Positions 1-8,231 of a stretch of DNA of 64,000 nucleotides are shown piece after piece. Below the pieces are notes generated by a model. That model did no database searches and had not been told where the DNA came from. It saw only the letters and a list, made by a program, of their open reading frames with translations. Where the stretch lies: positions 1 to 64,000 of IMG/VR virus record IMGVR_UViG_3300042691_032880. One strand, written 5' to 3'. The number at the start of each line of letters is the position of its first letter. Position 1 is the stretch's first letter. This DNA comes from a virus. Both the position numbers and the translations under genes were made by a program.

Positions 1-77
1 AGGAGTTTCCTATGAAGTTTGTAGGATTCCTCAAGAGTAAGATCAACGATCTGATAAAACAGAAAGTGACATTGTAA
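1..77 (+). CDS. 3' end of a gene truncated by the window start (hypothetical)
   Basis: Frame 3 is open from the window edge to TAA at 75-77 (EFPMKFVGFLKSKINDLIKQKVTL*) and is followed directly by a terminator hairpin. Confidence 0.5.
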   Translation, partial: EFPMKFVGFLKSKINDLIKQKVTL

Positions 78-84
78 ACCGAGA

Positions 85-112
85 GACCCCCTGTCAAAAG
101 CAGGGGGTTTTT
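85..112 (+). terminator. Rho-independent terminator
   Basis: ACCCCCTG-tcaaaag-CAGGGGGT stem-loop followed by a T run. Confidence 0.75.
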
Positions 113-127
113 CATAATCTTTATTCC

Positions 128-1063
128 ATGATATTCAGAAAACTGGAATTGATTACACCAACAGGGGATGTGATAAACATATCTCTCCCCGACTTCAAAG
201 GATACTCCCATGTGGAGTCTGAAGAAGAATTCATAGAGACACTCAAGAAATACTCCAAAGGACTAAAGGGATTGCGTAACCGCAAACCTGAGTTATCCAT
301 GGGTAAGAACAAGAACTTTGAGACTCTGGATGAGCAAATGCATTGTCTTACCAATGCTCGTAAGTATGTGGATGGTAACTTCGTAAAAATAGATTCATTG
401 TTAGTGAGTCAAAAGTTTACCTTGGACCTTGCCAAAGGTACCTGTACCATCTATGGTGTGTCTGATGAAGAAGTAGGTACTTTGTATCTGGATGCCATCT
501 TCGATAACTGGAAAGAGTTGTTCCATCCTGATCTGTATCCCGTAGTCAAAGCTGAAGTGTTTGCCCTTGGTGCCATTGAAGAAGAACCATGTGAAGAACA
601 TGACGAGGATGACGAGGAAGATCTGGCACTCGACACGGTAAGACTCCTTGAAGATCACAGGAAGAAACTCAATGATGAAATTGATGATGATCAAGCCATG
701 GAACTGTGGAACTACTGCATGAATCTGGATCTTGAACATGGAAGTGAGAACATGACTTACACAATCGAGTATAGTGGTGGTGGAGATAGTGGTCAGACAG
801 ATGATGTCACAGTCAAGAATTCAGAGGGTGAAACAGCTGATCTAATCCAAAGTAGACTTCGAACCAGTGATGAGTTTGATACTCTGGTCTGGCAGCTGAT
901 TCAACATCACGAAGGTGGATTCTACAATGATGAAGGTGGTCGTGGTACGATTGAATTCAGCATGACGCATTTTCAGTGGAATCATTTCAACTATTATCAA
1001 GATGAGAATCAAACTATAGGTTGGAATGTAGGCGCTCCTAAAACAGAAGAGGAGGTAGAATAA
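128..1063 (+). CDS. Acidic protein with C-terminal DUF6878-like domain
   Basis: 311 aa; C-terminal motifs YSGGGDSG and GFYNDEGGRGTIEF recalled from DUF6878-family proteins; stop overlaps the next start (TAATG). Confidence 0.6.
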   Translation: MIFRKLELITPTGDVINISLPDFKGYSHVESEEEFIETLKKYSKGLKGLRNRKPELSMGKNKNFETLDEQMHCLTNARKYVDGNFVKIDSLLVSQKFTLDLAKGTCTIYGVSDEEVGTLYLDAIFDNWKELFHPDLYPVVKAEVFALGAIEEEPCEEHDEDDEEDLALDTVRLLEDHRKKLNDEIDDDQAMELWNYCMNLDLEHGSENMTYTIEYSGGGDSGQTDDVTVKNSEGETADLIQSRLRTSDEFDTLVWQLIQHHEGGFYNDEGGRGTIEFSMTHFQWNHFNYYQDENQTIGWNVGAPKTEEEVE

Positions 1064-1452
1064 TGGCTACACCTATGCATCATGCCATGTCTTCCGCAAG
1101 GAAACATGGAGGTACGTGGGAGCAATATGTCCACATCCACAACTGGTTTGACGAGACAAAGTCCTGGATTCCTGATGTCAGACACAGGGCGTTTAGACAC
1201 CATGCTGAAGGAATCTTTGAATGTGAGAAGATATTTGGGGTATCTGTAAAGATCACCCTCGAATCAGGTCACATCAAGGAAGTTCCTGTCAGGGTACTTG
1301 GTGAGCAACATGTCAAAGAAGACTGCGGATTCATTCCCAATGCTAAAGAATACTTTAAGCATGTGAAAATGGAACCTTGGCAGATGACTGTTGGTAAAAA
1401 GATAGATATTGATCTAAAAGGCAATTATCAAGAAAGTGATGTTCACTTATAG
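1063..1452 (+). CDS. DUF6915-like His-rich protein
   Basis: PMHHAMSSARKHGG...HNWFDETK...RHRAFRHHAEGIF...GEQHVKED matches the recalled DUF6915 pattern. Confidence 0.7.
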   Translation: MATPMHHAMSSARKHGGTWEQYVHIHNWFDETKSWIPDVRHRAFRHHAEGIFECEKIFGVSVKITLESGHIKEVPVRVLGEQHVKEDCGFIPNAKEYFKHVKMEPWQMTVGKKIDIDLKGNYQESDVHL

Positions 1453-1474
1453 TGATATAATGCCAGTAATTTCT

Positions 1475-1482
1475 TAAATTTG
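1475..1482 (+). promoter_or_regulatory. Possible Bacteroidota sigma-70 -7 element (TAnnTTTG)
   Basis: TAAATTTG in the intergenic gap about 60 nt upstream of the 1542 ATG; no clear -33 TTTG. Confidence 0.3.
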
Positions 1483-1541
1483 TAAAGTTTATTCCCAATT
1501 ATTGGTAGTTTGGTAGTCTATGTGTATGTATATCTATCATA

Positions 1542-1793
1542 ATGATTATCAACCTTCCGAACGGGAAAACCATAGAGGTTTCTGCGGAAGTTTATCTAAG
1601 GATGACGGATGAGGATTTCGAATACCTTGTTTCCATAAATTGTGGTGACGATGTGACCAACCCATTCGAAGCCAGTGTCTTACTGTACGGTGAGGCAAAA
1701 CAAGATGATGAAGAGGAAGATGATGCCCCTGAACCGTCTGACTTAGATAAGCTTCTGGACCTCGATGCTGAAAATATGAGCGATGAAACTTAA
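1542..1793 (+). CDS. Small acidic hypothetical protein
   Basis: 83 aa ORF with a D/E-rich C-terminus, overlapping the next gene. Confidence 0.7.
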   Translation: MIINLPNGKTIEVSAEVYLRMTDEDFEYLVSINCGDDVTNPFEASVLLYGEAKQDDEEEDDAPEPSDLDKLLDLDAENMSDET

Positions 1794-2193
1794 GCAGTGT
1801 GCTGCCTGCGGTGAGATGCGACCTATTTGGAAAAATGACGCAGGTCACCGTTACTGTAAAGACTGCTGGTTCAGGAAGGAACCAGTTAAATTTCAAAGTA
1901 AATCCAGGGTGTTGAACCCGAAATCTCCAAAAAGAGATGTTCTGGATAAGTTGTATTCTAAAATGAGGGTGGAGTTTCTAACCAAATATCCGTTTTGTAA
2001 AGCTCACTTGGTCGGTTGTACGGGTACTAGTACGGACGTACACCACAAAGCGGGTAGAGGTAAGAAATATCTACAGCAGGATACCTGGTTGGCGGTATGC
2101 AGAACATGCCACGATTGGATAGAGAAACACCCTGTTAAAGCAAAAGAACTTGGATTTTCAGAATCTAGGTTGGAAGAACAAGACAGTGATTAA
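1783..2193 (+). CDS. Zinc-finger/HNH-type endonuclease-like protein
   Basis: N-terminal CAAC...CKDC, then FC...GC...DVHHKAGR...WLAVCRTCHDWIEKHP (HNH/His-Me finger pattern). Confidence 0.65.
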   Translation: MKLKQCAACGEMRPIWKNDAGHRYCKDCWFRKEPVKFQSKSRVLNPKSPKRDVLDKLYSKMRVEFLTKYPFCKAHLVGCTGTSTDVHHKAGRGKKYLQQDTWLAVCRTCHDWIEKHPVKAKELGFSESRLEEQDSD

Positions 2194-2211
2194 ACCTATA
2201 AAACAAAAACC

Positions 2212-2553
2212 ATGAAGTACAAAATCTTATCCTTGATCCTAGGCATCATCTGCATTGTCCTGGGTATCAATTTCTACAGATTGCAGAAATTTGCAAATAC
2301 CCTGGAGGTCCCCAAGTGTGGACATACCTTGGAGATTGAAAAGCTTGAAGCTGAGAAAAAAGCTTGGCTTGAACGCGAGGATGTATTCCTCAAACAGACT
2401 GCTGAACTGGTAGTCCAAGTGAACGAATTGAAAATGCAACTTAATCGTAAACCCCAAATAATCTATAAAAATGTACAGAAGAGAAATATTGACGCTGATG
2501 CTAGTGAGTCTATCATTGAGCTTCTCGAAGAGCGTTACAGCCCAAACCACTGA
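2212..2553 (+). CDS. Membrane-anchored coiled-coil protein (i-spanin-like topology)
   Basis: N-terminal TM helix ILSLILGIICIVLGINF followed by a heptad-rich segment. Confidence 0.55.
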   Translation: MKYKILSLILGIICIVLGINFYRLQKFANTLEVPKCGHTLEIEKLEAEKKAWLEREDVFLKQTAELVVQVNELKMQLNRKPQIIYKNVQKRNIDADASESIIELLEERYSPNH

Positions 2554-2929
2554 GTCAGTAAATGATACTTTGGTCTATGTACCAGAGTACTTGATGGAAT
2601 CTTTGTTAATGGATTTGAATAGCTGCGATCTTGAGCGTATTGAACTTAAGAAAGCGAAAGCTGAACTTGCCCTGATTTATGTTGATCTGGCCAAGAAAGA
2701 TGCAGCTATTGCTTCTTTGAAGAGAGATCTGCAGTCTACTCGTGAGTACAATGATACGCTCACATCCCAGAATATGCAACTTGCCATAGACAATACCAAG
2801 CAGCTCAAGAAGGTAAAGCGTTCACGCAATGTGTGGTTTACTACAACGATTGCTGCTACTCTTGGTATGTTTGGTATCCATCAGGACTGGAAGAACTCCT
2901 GGTTTGGCAATATCGTAGGAAAAGACTAA
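2471..2929 (+). CDS. Exported coiled-coil protein with signal peptide and C-terminal TM helix
   Basis: Signal-peptide-like N-terminus ending VTA-Q, long coiled coil, C-terminal hydrophobic WFTTTIAATLGMFGI; overlaps the upstream gene by up to 83 nt. Confidence 0.55.
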   Translation: MYRREILTLMLVSLSLSFSKSVTAQTTESVNDTLVYVPEYLMESLLMDLNSCDLERIELKKAKAELALIYVDLAKKDAAIASLKRDLQSTREYNDTLTSQNMQLAIDNTKQLKKVKRSRNVWFTTTIAATLGMFGIHQDWKNSWFGNIVGKD

Positions 2930-2930
2930 C

Positions 2931-3185
2931 ATGAAAAATCTTAAAATAGACACCCTCAGCAAGTGGCTGATAGGGGTGGTGGTAGTCCTATGCCTTGTTT
3001 TATTCTACACCAGAACCAAAATAGATACCCGTATTGGGTTCTATGGCAAGGTGATGGACGAAATGACCTTCATGTATGGTAGCCCCCATCAACTGGGGTA
3101 TACCATACCTATGGAGATCAGTTACATTATGAATGATACAGTATATATTGTTACCAAAGACACATCTAAAAAATCAGTAAAATGA
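2931..3185 (+). CDS. Small membrane protein
   Basis: TM helix WLIGVVVVLCLVLFY; tightly packed in the operon. Confidence 0.6.
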   Translation: MKNLKIDTLSKWLIGVVVVLCLVLFYTRTKIDTRIGFYGKVMDEMTFMYGSPHQLGYTIPMEISYIMNDTVYIVTKDTSKKSVK

Positions 3186-3586
3186 GTGATTCACAACAAA
3201 GCCCCTGGGTGGGGTATCTTATCCTATTTATAGTGTTTGCAGTATTGGTCAGCATGTGTGGTACATGTGGCGATGATGTGGACAAAGCAACTACTCCTGA
3301 GAAAAGCGAAAGGGTAGAACTCAGTCAGACTGAGGAAGATCTTATCAATCAAGCTGAAGCAAGTGGTTATGTCAGGTTTGAATCAGGATCACGCGATGTA
3401 TATGTGAAGCCTGTCTTCTGGTATGCAATGAACCATACCGCCAAGAAGAACTTCGGAGCCATATGCGCAGTCAAATGCGGCAATGCTGATGGTAGCACTA
3501 CTTATTACTGTAATATCATTGACGATATGACTGGTAAGAAGCTTGCTGAGTACAGTGAGACCTGGGGTCTTGAAATAGAAGAATGA
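3182..3586 (+). CDS. Membrane-anchored or lipoprotein-like hypothetical protein
   Basis: Hydrophobic stretch followed by SMCGTC; ATGA overlaps on both sides. Confidence 0.65.
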   Translation: MSDSQQSPWVGYLILFIVFAVLVSMCGTCGDDVDKATTPEKSERVELSQTEEDLINQAEASGYVRFESGSRDVYVKPVFWYAMNHTAKKNFGAICAVKCGNADGSTTYYCNIIDDMTGKKLAEYSETWGLEIEE

Positions 3587-3774
3587 AAAACGACTTGTCT
3601 CCTATAGAGTCGCTTATAGACCTTTTTAACAAAGACATAGACAAAAAGCGCAAGGAGTATTTGGACAATCCATCCATGCGCGTATTGAGGGAAATATCCC
3701 TGATCGAGGACGTAGTCTATCAGCTGGAACGCAAGCTGGACTATGAGAAAGAGTATCATAAAAAATGTGGATAA
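3583..3774 (+). CDS. Hypothetical protein
   Basis: 63 aa; ATGA overlap with the upstream gene. Confidence 0.6.
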   Translation: MKNDLSPIESLIDLFNKDIDKKRKEYLDNPSMRVLREISLIEDVVYQLERKLDYEKEYHKKCG

Positions 3775-3782
3775 TCCACATC

Positions 3783-3873
3783 AGTCAGGTGGCTGAAAGG
3801 GGAAGCGGTTGACTCAACAAAACATTAGAAAAGAGGATCAACAATGATGCAGGTTCGATTCCTGTCCTGACTA
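3783..3873 (+). ncRNA. tRNA-like element with expanded anticodon loop (pseudo-tRNA or tRNA mimic)
   Basis: Acceptor AGTCAGG/CCTGACT plus discriminator A; U8-G9; D-arm-like GCTGAAAGGGGAAGC; anticodon stem GTTGA/TCAAC enclosing 25 nt; T arm GCAGG-TTCGATT-CCTGT; no encoded CCA. Confidence 0.7.
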
Positions 3874-3888
3874 CTAAATCTATTATAC

Positions 3889-4137
3889 ATGAAAGCAATA
3901 TTGGAATTTGACCTGAATGATCAGGATGAAAGAATGGCGCATATGGCAGCTGTCAAAGCACAGGATATGGCTATATTACTCTTCCAGTTAAGGTTCAATC
4001 TACGCAAACAGGTATATGCTGAAGCAGACTTACTGGATGATCAAGACAAATACGATCCAGGTATTGAGCTTGTACTAGCCAATATAAATGAGTTGTTTGA
4101 CAAGTACAATATCAACGTAGAGGAACTGACTCGCTGA
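3889..4137 (+). CDS. Hypothetical phage protein
   Basis: 82 aa; MKAILEFDL N-terminus recalled from small aquatic-phage proteins. Confidence 0.75.
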   Translation: MKAILEFDLNDQDERMAHMAAVKAQDMAILLFQLRFNLRKQVYAEADLLDDQDKYDPGIELVLANINELFDKYNINVEELTR

Positions 4138-4141
4138 GATA

Positions 4142-4213
4142 TGCGGAGAATACGAGGGTTATTCTCCGCACAAATCATACCCAAACGAGTATTAATCGTA
4201 TCAAATCGTATCA
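4142..4213. repeat. Perfect 11-bp inverted repeat plus 10-bp tandem repeat
   Basis: TGCGGAGAATA-cgagggt-TATTCTCCGCA (4142-4170); AATCGTATCA x2 (4194-4213). Confidence 0.7.
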
Positions 4214-4226
4214 AAACAGGTATAAA

Positions 4227-4451
4227 ATGAAAAAGAAACAAACAGCAGTTGAATGGTTAATGTCCCGCTTTGAAAGCGGAGACATGTACAATGTAGAAGA
4301 TGCTCAATTGATAAAGCATCAAGCCTTATGGATGGAGAAGGATCAGTTGATTGACGCCTATACTGAAGGATATGACATAAGAGATAATATGGGAAGTTTA
4401 TTAACTAATCCAACAGGTGAACAGTATTATAATGAAAACTATGGAAAATGA
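4227..4451 (+). CDS. Hypothetical phage protein (KQTAVEWL type)
   Basis: KQTAVEWL...MEKDQLIDAY...EQYYNENY pattern recalled from Bacteroidota phages; ATGA overlap with the helicase. Confidence 0.75.
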   Translation: MKKKQTAVEWLMSRFESGDMYNVEDAQLIKHQALWMEKDQLIDAYTEGYDIRDNMGSLLTNPTGEQYYNENYGK

Positions 4452-5569
4452 CAGAAGAAGTAACAGGATCTAAACGTATGAGCGTCCAGAAAGAGGCGCT
4501 CGAAATGACAAAGGACAAAAAGCATTGCGGTCTTGCACTCAGCATGGGTGTCGGTAAGACATATGTCGGACTGATGCACATGGACTGGTACCTCAGGGAG
4601 GTTAACGCAGATGCTAAATTCCTAGTAGTAGCACCCAAGAAAAGCATATTCGGTAGCTGGTTTGACGATATGTTCAAATTTGGACTTTCCCACCTAAAGG
4701 ATAGGGTTGTAGTCACGACTTACTTATCTTTGACTAAACAGTCATTGTCATATGATGTCATCTATCTTGACGAATGCCATAGTCTTTTACATTCTCATCT
4801 TGTGTGGCTTAGTATGTTTAACGGCAGAATTGTCGGTCTTACTGGTACGCCGCCCCGACACAAGAGAAGCGAAAAAGGTGAAATGGTGGACCGTTTTTGT
4901 CCTATTGTTTACTCTTACATCACTGATGACGCTATTGATGATAAGATACTTAACGACTATCGGATTCTTGTACATCCAGTAAATCTGGACAGGTTACCCC
5001 GTCATACGGTAAAAACCGCCAAAAAGACTTGGACTACAAGTGAGTATGAAAGCTATCGTTATTGGTGTGACCGTGTAAACAGCGCGCAGGATCCTAAAAG
5101 TGACCAGTATTTCAGGATTGCTAGGATGCGTAGCATGATGGCATATGAAAGCAAGGAACGATACGCCTCCAAACTGATGAAGGATATTGAAGGTAAATGC
5201 ATTGTGTTCTGCAATACCCAGGAACAAGCTGAAAGAATGTGTACACACAGCTATCATAGTCAGAATCCAGAAAGCGAGGAGAATCTCCGCATGTTCAAGG
5301 AAGGTGTCATAGACAGATTATCTTGCGTTCTTCAGCTTAACGAAGGTGTGAACATACCAGATTTGAAGAATGCTATTATCCTTCATGCCTATGGTAACGA
5401 ACGTAAGTCCGCACAGCGACTAGGACGTGTACTGAGGTTGAATCCTACGGAAACAGCCAATGTCCATATCCTGATGTATCGGGATACCATTGACGAACAC
5501 TGGGTAAAGAAAGCATTGTTGGACTTTGACGAAAAGAAAATAACTTACAGAGATGTACACCATAATTGA
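4448..5569 (+). CDS. Superfamily 2 (DExH) helicase
   Basis: Walker A SMGVGKT, LDECH, LTGT, LNEGVNIPD, QRLGRVLR. Confidence 0.93.
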   Translation: MTEEVTGSKRMSVQKEALEMTKDKKHCGLALSMGVGKTYVGLMHMDWYLREVNADAKFLVVAPKKSIFGSWFDDMFKFGLSHLKDRVVVTTYLSLTKQSLSYDVIYLDECHSLLHSHLVWLSMFNGRIVGLTGTPPRHKRSEKGEMVDRFCPIVYSYITDDAIDDKILNDYRILVHPVNLDRLPRHTVKTAKKTWTTSEYESYRYWCDRVNSAQDPKSDQYFRIARMRSMMAYESKERYASKLMKDIEGKCIVFCNTQEQAERMCTHSYHSQNPESEENLRMFKEGVIDRLSCVLQLNEGVNIPDLKNAIILHAYGNERKSAQRLGRVLRLNPTETANVHILMYRDTIDEHWVKKALLDFDEKKITYRDVHHN

Positions 5570-5948
5570 GTATTCGGTAGACGACAAAGGGGTCATGGCA
5601 CCCCTTAATGAAAAGGAATTGCAAAAATTCAACAGAATGCTCCTGTCCTTGAAACCAGGTAACAGGGTAAGCTGCATGTTTGAGGTAATAAAAGATGACC
5701 ACAGTCTTGTGCAACTAGCTAAGGTTCACGCACTTATACGTGAATTAGCTCATTGTACAGGTAATGAATTCGAAGATGTGAAGTTGGAAGTAAAGCGAAA
5801 AGCTGGACTGACAGTCAAATCCAAGGATTCTGAAGGTAAATTGATTGAGTATGTGAAAAGCTTTGCTGATTGTAGCAAAGAGCAATTGTCAATGGCGATA
5901 GAAGCCTGTATCCTCATAGGCGAGGAAGTAGGATGTATCCTTTATTGA
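5553..5948 (+). CDS. NinB/Orf-like recombination protein
   Basis: HSLVQLAKVHALIRELA...KSFADCSKEQLSMAIE resembles NinB-family motifs. Confidence 0.5.
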   Translation: MYTIIEYSVDDKGVMAPLNEKELQKFNRMLLSLKPGNRVSCMFEVIKDDHSLVQLAKVHALIRELAHCTGNEFEDVKLEVKRKAGLTVKSKDSEGKLIEYVKSFADCSKEQLSMAIEACILIGEEVGCILY

Positions 5949-6280
5949 TCCTCCTTAGGTAACTCTGGAAGAGGATTCTCATTTATCAAACGCTGCATTT
6001 CATCCAAGCTTATAGTGGTAGTCATACCATTTTCTTTGGCATAACTTTCAGCATTTTGTATCAAATACAGCATGGTTTCATAGTTAGCAACCCACGGATC
6101 GGTAATGTTCTTATCTAGTATCTGCTTATTAGCCTCACTGATGTCTTCAGGAGTCTTGTCTGCAATCATACTGGTAAAGATCATTACCAACCGTTGGTAA
6201 AACGTCCTGTTGTACTTTAATACGATTATAGCATCTTCTTTCAGGACTTCAATAGTCCTTGGTTCCATGTTCTGTTCCAT
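5942..6280 (-). CDS. Hypothetical protein (probable paralog of 6280-6501)
   Basis: 112 aa; IEVLKEDAIIVL matches VNILKKDAVITV of the neighbour; TAATG coupling. Confidence 0.7.
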   Translation of the reverse strand: MEQNMEPRTIEVLKEDAIIVLKYNRTFYQRLVMIFTSMIADKTPEDISEANKQILDKNITDPWVANYETMLYLIQNAESYAKENGMTTTISLDEMQRLINENPLPELPKEDQ

Positions 6281-6501
6281 TAGAAATTGACTTCTTTAGA
6301 TTCGGTTTGATTTTGTGTCTTAGCCTCATCATCAATCCTCTGACATAGATCCTCAATGGTTTGCCAAGAAGCATCATCCAAAGATACAGACTTATCCAAA
6401 TGCTTTAAAAGGATAGCATGTAACTTAGTGATGTCGTTTGGGGTGAACGGAACCGTAATCACTGCATCCTTTTTTAGAATGTTTACATAAGTTTTAGCCA
6501 T
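6280..6501 (-). CDS. Hypothetical protein
   Basis: 73 aa; coupled to the downstream paralog and fills a gap with no + strand ORF. Confidence 0.7.
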   Translation of the reverse strand: MAKTYVNILKKDAVITVPFTPNDITKLHAILLKHLDKSVSLDDASWQTIEDLCQRIDDEAKTQNQTESKEVNF

Positions 6502-6523
6502 AAGTTTAAATTTTATAATTTAT

Positions 6524-7258
6524 ATGAGCGAAGTTAAAGAAAAATTGTCTGTTGACCAAATACGGGACAGATTAATCGAGAAGCTTGGTCCCAGTGGTTG
6601 GTCGGAATTCCTTAGAGGATTCCTCAAATCAGGGGACTTTGACAGTATTATCCAATTCCTGGTAAAGGAAAATGAATCAGGTAGACGGTTTACCCCTGCT
6701 TTGAAACAGTTATTCAGAGCCTTTGAAACCTGTCCAGTGGACACTGTAAAGGTGGTAATGATTGGACAAGATCCGTATCCGCAGCCTACGGTTGCAGACG
6801 GTATAGCATTTAGCTGTGGCAATACAGGTAAACCAGAAGCTAGTTTACGATACATCCTTAACAGTATCGAAACAACCGTACCTTTTGAAGACAAAGCCGC
6901 TGTGGATGAGACTGATAGATGTGATTTGTCCAGATGGTCCAAACAAGGTGTTTTAATGTTAAACGGAGCATTGACTACTGAGGTTACCAAAACAAACAAA
7001 CACACGGATATTTGGCGTCCATTCCTTGAATACGCGGTGGATATGCTCAATTTCAAGCAATCAGGTTTGATATGGGTTCTAATGGGTAAGCAAGCACAGT
7101 CATTCGAAGGTCTTATAGGAGATCATCACTTGGTTATTACCACTACCCATCCCGCATATGCTGCATACCTACGTGCACATGAATGGGATTGTAATGATGT
7201 GTTTAACAAGATAAATGCACAATTGGTTGAGTTAAAGAAAGAAAAAATCTTGTGGTAA
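6524..7258 (+). CDS. ung: Uracil-DNA glycosylase (family 1)
   Basis: VKVVMIGQDPYP, ADGIAFS, WSKQGVLMLN, LMGKQAQ, THP motifs. Confidence 0.93.
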   Translation: MSEVKEKLSVDQIRDRLIEKLGPSGWSEFLRGFLKSGDFDSIIQFLVKENESGRRFTPALKQLFRAFETCPVDTVKVVMIGQDPYPQPTVADGIAFSCGNTGKPEASLRYILNSIETTVPFEDKAAVDETDRCDLSRWSKQGVLMLNGALTTEVTKTNKHTDIWRPFLEYAVDMLNFKQSGLIWVLMGKQAQSFEGLIGDHHLVITTTHPAYAAYLRAHEWDCNDVFNKINAQLVELKKEKILW

Positions 7259-7295
7259 ACTTTGAAAATTTAAATTTAATTAATAGATTCGTGAA

Positions 7296-8228
7296 ATGTC
7301 CAAATCCCTAAAAGAACAAGGTTTCATACACATTTCAGAAGCCTATGACCAAGCTATCACATACGCTGAAAGAAGAAGAAGTGGTGATATAAAAAGCATT
7401 CGAACTCCATGGCAAAAGTTCAATGAAGTATCCATGGATGGTTTGGAGTGGAACAGTCTGACTGTAATAGCAGGTAGACCAGGTAGCGGTAAAACGCTTA
7501 TAGGAAGTATGATTAGCAGAGAAGCGTTCAGATTGAATCCTGAACAGAACTTCTGTGTACTGGACTTCCAGTTCGAAATGCTGGCTAGAAGCATCGCTAT
7601 GCGTGAAATCAGCGGAAATATCGGAGTAAACGTAAGGAGGTTGTCATCGGTAGGTGGTGCAGCATCCAATGAAGACATGGAATCAGCAAAAAAATATTGT
7701 GACGATAATAGACATAGAGAGATATACACATACGAAAGACCTCTGGATGTCGAAGGAATGAAGAACAAAATAGAGTCTTTTTGCAATGCAGTCAAAAAAC
7801 CAGTACTTATCACGTTGGATCACAGTCTTTTGATTAAGAAAAGTGCCAGTGAGAAAGACAGGATAGAATCCCTGTATAACCTTGGTAATATGCTTGCAGA
7901 AACAAGAAGGCAACTACCTGTTTGTTTCATAGTACTTAGTCAATTGAATAGAGAGATCGAAACAGTTGACCGCATCAAAAATGCCAGTATTGGCAACTTC
8001 GTCAAGGATAGTGATATCTTCGGCGCAGACGCATTACTGCAATTCACTGATATTCTTATTGGTATTAACAGACCTGCAAAGTACGGTATCAAGGAATATG
8101 GTCCTCAGAAGATACCTGTGGATATAAACACCCTTGCGGTACATTTCCTCAAGGTTCGTACAGGTGATCCAGCGTTGACTATGTTCAGAGCTGACTTTGC
8201 AAAAAGCAAGATTCATCAAATATTCTAA
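7296..8228 (+). CDS. dnaB: DnaB-like replicative helicase (ATPase domain only)
   Basis: AGRPGSGKT, FQFEM, LDH, LSQLNRE, KVRTG; 310 aa, so it lacks the usual N-terminal domain. Confidence 0.88.
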   Translation: MSKSLKEQGFIHISEAYDQAITYAERRRSGDIKSIRTPWQKFNEVSMDGLEWNSLTVIAGRPGSGKTLIGSMISREAFRLNPEQNFCVLDFQFEMLARSIAMREISGNIGVNVRRLSSVGGAASNEDMESAKKYCDDNRHREIYTYERPLDVEGMKNKIESFCNAVKKPVLITLDHSLLIKKSASEKDRIESLYNLGNMLAETRRQLPVCFIVLSQLNREIETVDRIKNASIGNFVKDSDIFGADALLQFTDILIGINRPAKYGIKEYGPQKIPVDINTLAVHFLKVRTGDPALTMFRADFAKSKIHQIF

Positions 8229-8231
8229 AAA

